A stretch of 21,173 bases of DNA, taken from a virus. The notes under the pieces are model-generated. The model did not search any database. It had not been told where the DNA came from and saw only the letters and a list, made by a program, of their open reading frames with translations. The stretch lies in the UHGV virus genome UHGV-0100642. One strand, 5' to 3'. How positions within the stretch are numbered: position 1 is the first letter of the stretch; each line of letters starts with the position of its first letter. Shown piece by piece: positions 18,685-21,173 of the stretch. Position numbers and translations under genes: made by a program.

Positions 18685-18951
18685 CTATGTTTCCTTTTTA
18701 TTATTGCTATACATGGTCTTAAGCGTTTCAAAAACCATTTTCCTAACCATATCGGATTGTTGTTCTGCCATACGCTCTGCATCGTCAATGTAAACTGATG
18801 CAGAGATTTGTTTATCCAATGATTCCTCAATCGCTGCAATTATCTCTGAGTTCAGCGATCTGTTATTCATCTTCGCACGCTGTTTAATTTTCGCGTGGAG
18901 TTCATGCGGAAGTCTCAAGTGAAACTGCGCCTCGTCGTATTTGCTGTACAT
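18685..18951 (-). CDS. mnt: Mnt-like ribbon-helix-helix repressor (Arc/Mnt family)
   Basis: ...NNRSLNSEIIAAIEESL...DDAERMAEQQSDMVRKMVFETLKTMY resembles P22 Mnt as recalled. AAGGA RBS before the ATG at 18951; the track start at 18984 is further upstream. Confidence 0.8.
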   Translation of the reverse strand: MYSKYDEAQFHLRLPHELHAKIKQRAKMNNRSLNSEIIAAIEESLDKQISASVYIDDAERMAEQQSDMVRKMVFETLKTMYSNNKKET

Positions 18952-19072
18952 CCTTGATGCCTCACCAGGTGGGTGGAATGGCATCGTAACTTACTGGATA
19001 AATACTCAATAGTACCATTTCGGCATGCAATCAAATCATGGTTGCACCATATCATTCGTCTGGAGCAATGAA
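18952..19072. promoter_or_regulatory. Divergent intergenic control region between mnt (-) and tailspike (+)
   Basis: 121-bp AT-rich spacer that must hold the mnt promoter and any tailspike-proximal promoter. Contains the short palindrome CACCAGGTG at 18963-18971. No promoter hexamers could be assigned confidently. Confidence 0.4.
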
Positions 19073-21173
19073 ATGTCAGATATCACCGCAAATGTTGTGG
19101 TAACCAATCCGCGCCCAATATTCACTGACTCGCGCACGTTTAAGGCTATTGCAAACGGACGCGTGTATATCGGCCTTCCTGATACCGACCCTACCATTGC
19201 TGCCAACCAAATTCCCGTTTATATCGAAAATGAGGATGGAAGATTGGTTGAAATTTATCAGCCTCTAATCATCAATGCGGCTGGTAAAATTGTATATAAC
19301 GGACAGGTTGTAAAGGTGGTAACTGCGCAAGGTCACAGTATGAAGGTCGTGGATGCTTACGGCGTTCAAGTCGACTACATCAGTAACATTCTTAAGTATG
19401 ATCCGGACCAGTTCAGAAACTTTGCCTTAGAAAACTTTGATTACTCAATTTATAAGCGCATTGTGGGATTTTCTTTCTTCACTGGCGCGACCGTTACGGA
19501 TTCCAAGCACACCCTCATTTGGGATTCAACTAATGGAGGAAACGGACATTATTATCGGTATCTTGGAACCATCCCTAATGGCGGCCTTGTAGTTCCACCG
19601 GCCAGCACTCCTGACTCAAACTGGGAAGACATAGAGCTTAATCAGATAGTCAGCATCCGAAAACTAAACGAGCTTTCCACGCAAAGCATCGCAGGCTATA
19701 TCGGCGTCAATATTGATATGCCGGTGGCAGTGAAGGATTCTGACAATCAGGGCGCGAAAATTAGCTCTGGTGTCTGCGTAACAAATCCGGTGCCCAACGC
19801 AAATATTATCAGAGCCACTAAAATTCAGTCTGTATTCAGAATTGATGGAGATAATGTCACAATTAGAGATGTTGTTGGGCTAGGTTCTGCCGCTTCTGAT
19901 AATGCTGCCACATCGGAATTCATCACCACTCGCATGCGATTCGTGGTCGATGGGCTGAGAACAAAAGGCCTGCGTTTTACTGGAATAAAAGCTAGCAAAT
20001 TTACAACAGGAATAAACGTAACAGGTTGCGATGATGTTGTTATTAAAGACTGTTATTTCGAGGATATGCAATATTCTCCAGTAACACTTGGCTCCGCTGG
20101 AGGATATGGTGTCTTAACAGGAGCAAGTAATGGCGTTCTTGTGGATGGTCTTAAATTCAAGGCTAACGCATATGGTCGTCATGCTGTATATATTAGTAAT
20201 GTTCAGCCATATGTTGACGTAGCGACGAGCGGAAGTTTTAACACAACGGTAAGAAATTGCGATCTGGATTATACACTCGCCGATTTGACTTTGAGTGATA
20301 GTGGGTTTGCTCCTATCAACGTAAGGTCTAGTGAAAATACAATCATTGAAGAAAACAGGCTCAAAGGTTCAGCTTCTTTAGTTAGCTTCAGCAATGATCA
20401 GGGGGCGATTTCTAAATGCATCATAAGAAATAACAGGGCGGTAGGATTAAAATCAGGGCAGGGAAGAGTCTGCGCTGCATTTAATCTAGGTCGTTCTGGC
20501 ATTCCTAATCCAATCACAGATATTGAAGTAAGCGGAAACTATTCAGAGATATCAAAAGGACCAGGTCAGCCTGATGGTAATGACCAAGCTGGCAGATTTA
20601 TCGGACACAATGGGCTGAGGATTATAAGGAACCATTGCATTCAGGAGACAGGGGCCGCTTATCTTTTAGATCGATGTTCAAATTTCTTTATTGACGAGAT
20701 TACTGATATTCTGACAAACACCGCAAATCCAGCAGGCGCTCAAACAATATATCTTAACGCATGCAGTAATGGCACCATAGGCAGCATTAAAACAAACCGT
20801 CCAGCGTTTGCAAACGGTAAGTCTAATATTGTCGGCGGTCTTGCTACTTGTTCAGAAGTGACTTGCAATTTTCAAAGATATATTGAATTCACCCTAACCA
20901 AAGGAGCTGTTTCATTAGTCGATGATGCCTTTGATATGATCTCTTCTGGAGGTATATCATTTGGTGATGGATTCATTACGGTAGCCTTACGTGCTCATGT
21001 TACCGATAGGGCAGTTGCTGGATGCACCGTTTATACGCGAACCAGTAATGGTGTAATCCTTACCAAGAGTGCAATTAACGATAAAACTATCACTATAAAT
21101 TTTCTCGTATCATCAACGGGTGCTTTGCAACCTATGAGCCAATACACAGGTAGAGTTGGTATAACTTTTTACG
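19073..21173 (+). CDS. Tailspike protein, 5'-partial in window (700 codons, no stop reached)
   Basis: N-terminal ~115 aa ([34 protein letters not shown]...[11 protein letters not shown]) match the P22 gp9 head-binding domain. GGAG RBS 8 nt upstream. The rest is a divergent domain with beta-helix-like repeats. Frame is open to the last base of the window. Confidence 0.9.
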   Translation, partial: MSDITANVVVTNPRPIFTDSRTFKAIANGRVYIGLPDTDPTIAANQIPVYIENEDGRLVEIYQPLIINAAGKIVYNGQVVKVVTAQGHSMKVVDAYGVQVDYISNILKYDPDQFRNFALENFDYSIYKRIVGFSFFTGATVTDSKHTLIWDSTNGGNGHYYRYLGTIPNGGLVVPPASTPDSNWEDIELNQIVSIRKLNELSTQSIAGYIGVNIDMPVAVKDSDNQGAKISSGVCVTNPVPNANIIRATKIQSVFRIDGDNVTIRDVVGLGSAASDNAATSEFITTRMRFVVDGLRTKGLRFTGIKASKFTTGINVTGCDDVVIKDCYFEDMQYSPVTLGSAGGYGVLTGASNGVLVDGLKFKANAYGRHAVYISNVQPYVDVATSGSFNTTVRNCDLDYTLADLTLSDSGFAPINVRSSENTIIEENRLKGSASLVSFSNDQGAISKCIIRNNRAVGLKSGQGRVCAAFNLGRSGIPNPITDIEVSGNYSEISKGPGQPDGNDQAGRFIGHNGLRIIRNHCIQETGAAYLLDRCSNFFIDEITDILTNTANPAGAQTIYLNACSNGTIGSIKTNRPAFANGKSNIVGGLATCSEVTCNFQRYIEFTLTKGAVSLVDDAFDMISSGGISFGDGFITVALRAHVTDRAVAGCTVYTRTSNGVILTKSAINDKTITINFLVSSTGALQPMSQYTGRVGITFY

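Noticed and set aside
1-21173. CRISPR arrays, tRNA or rRNA genes, integrase or attachment sites
   Set aside because: No regularly spaced direct repeats, no cloverleaf-like conserved tRNA motifs, and no integrase-like ORF were seen. The window is entirely late-region and accessory genes.

Overview
This window is the late (lysis, head, tail) region of a mosaic lambdoid podovirus of the P22/Sf6 type, either a prophage or a phage genome, with almost all genes on the + strand. Identifications rest on recalled protein families and gene order, not on database searches. Gene order: a lambda-like tR'-to-S intergenic region; a lambda-type lysis cassette (S, R, Rz with embedded Rz1); an Rha-family regulator; three small moron ORFs, two on the opposite strand; small and large terminase subunits; P22-like portal, scaffold and coat; tail accessory genes gp4, gp10 and the gp26-like needle; a gp14-like protein; three ejection proteins (gp7, gp20, gp16-like); a leftward mnt-lipoprotein pair; and the 5' 2.1 kb of a tailspike gene that runs off the window end. 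The most unusual feature is a free-standing HNH homing-endonuclease gene inserted into the 5' end of the gp10 tail-accessory gene, leaving a 34-codon remnant of the original start upstream and a heavily recoded duplicate of the same N-terminus downstream. Other points of interest are a lipoprotein in the superinfection-exclusion position next to an orphan Mnt repressor, and a tailspike whose conserved head-binding domain is fused to a divergent receptor-binding domain. No rRNA, tRNA or CRISPR array was found. One caveat: around 11160-11280 my reading of the printed sequence did not match the ORF track frame by one base, so coordinates there follow the track.
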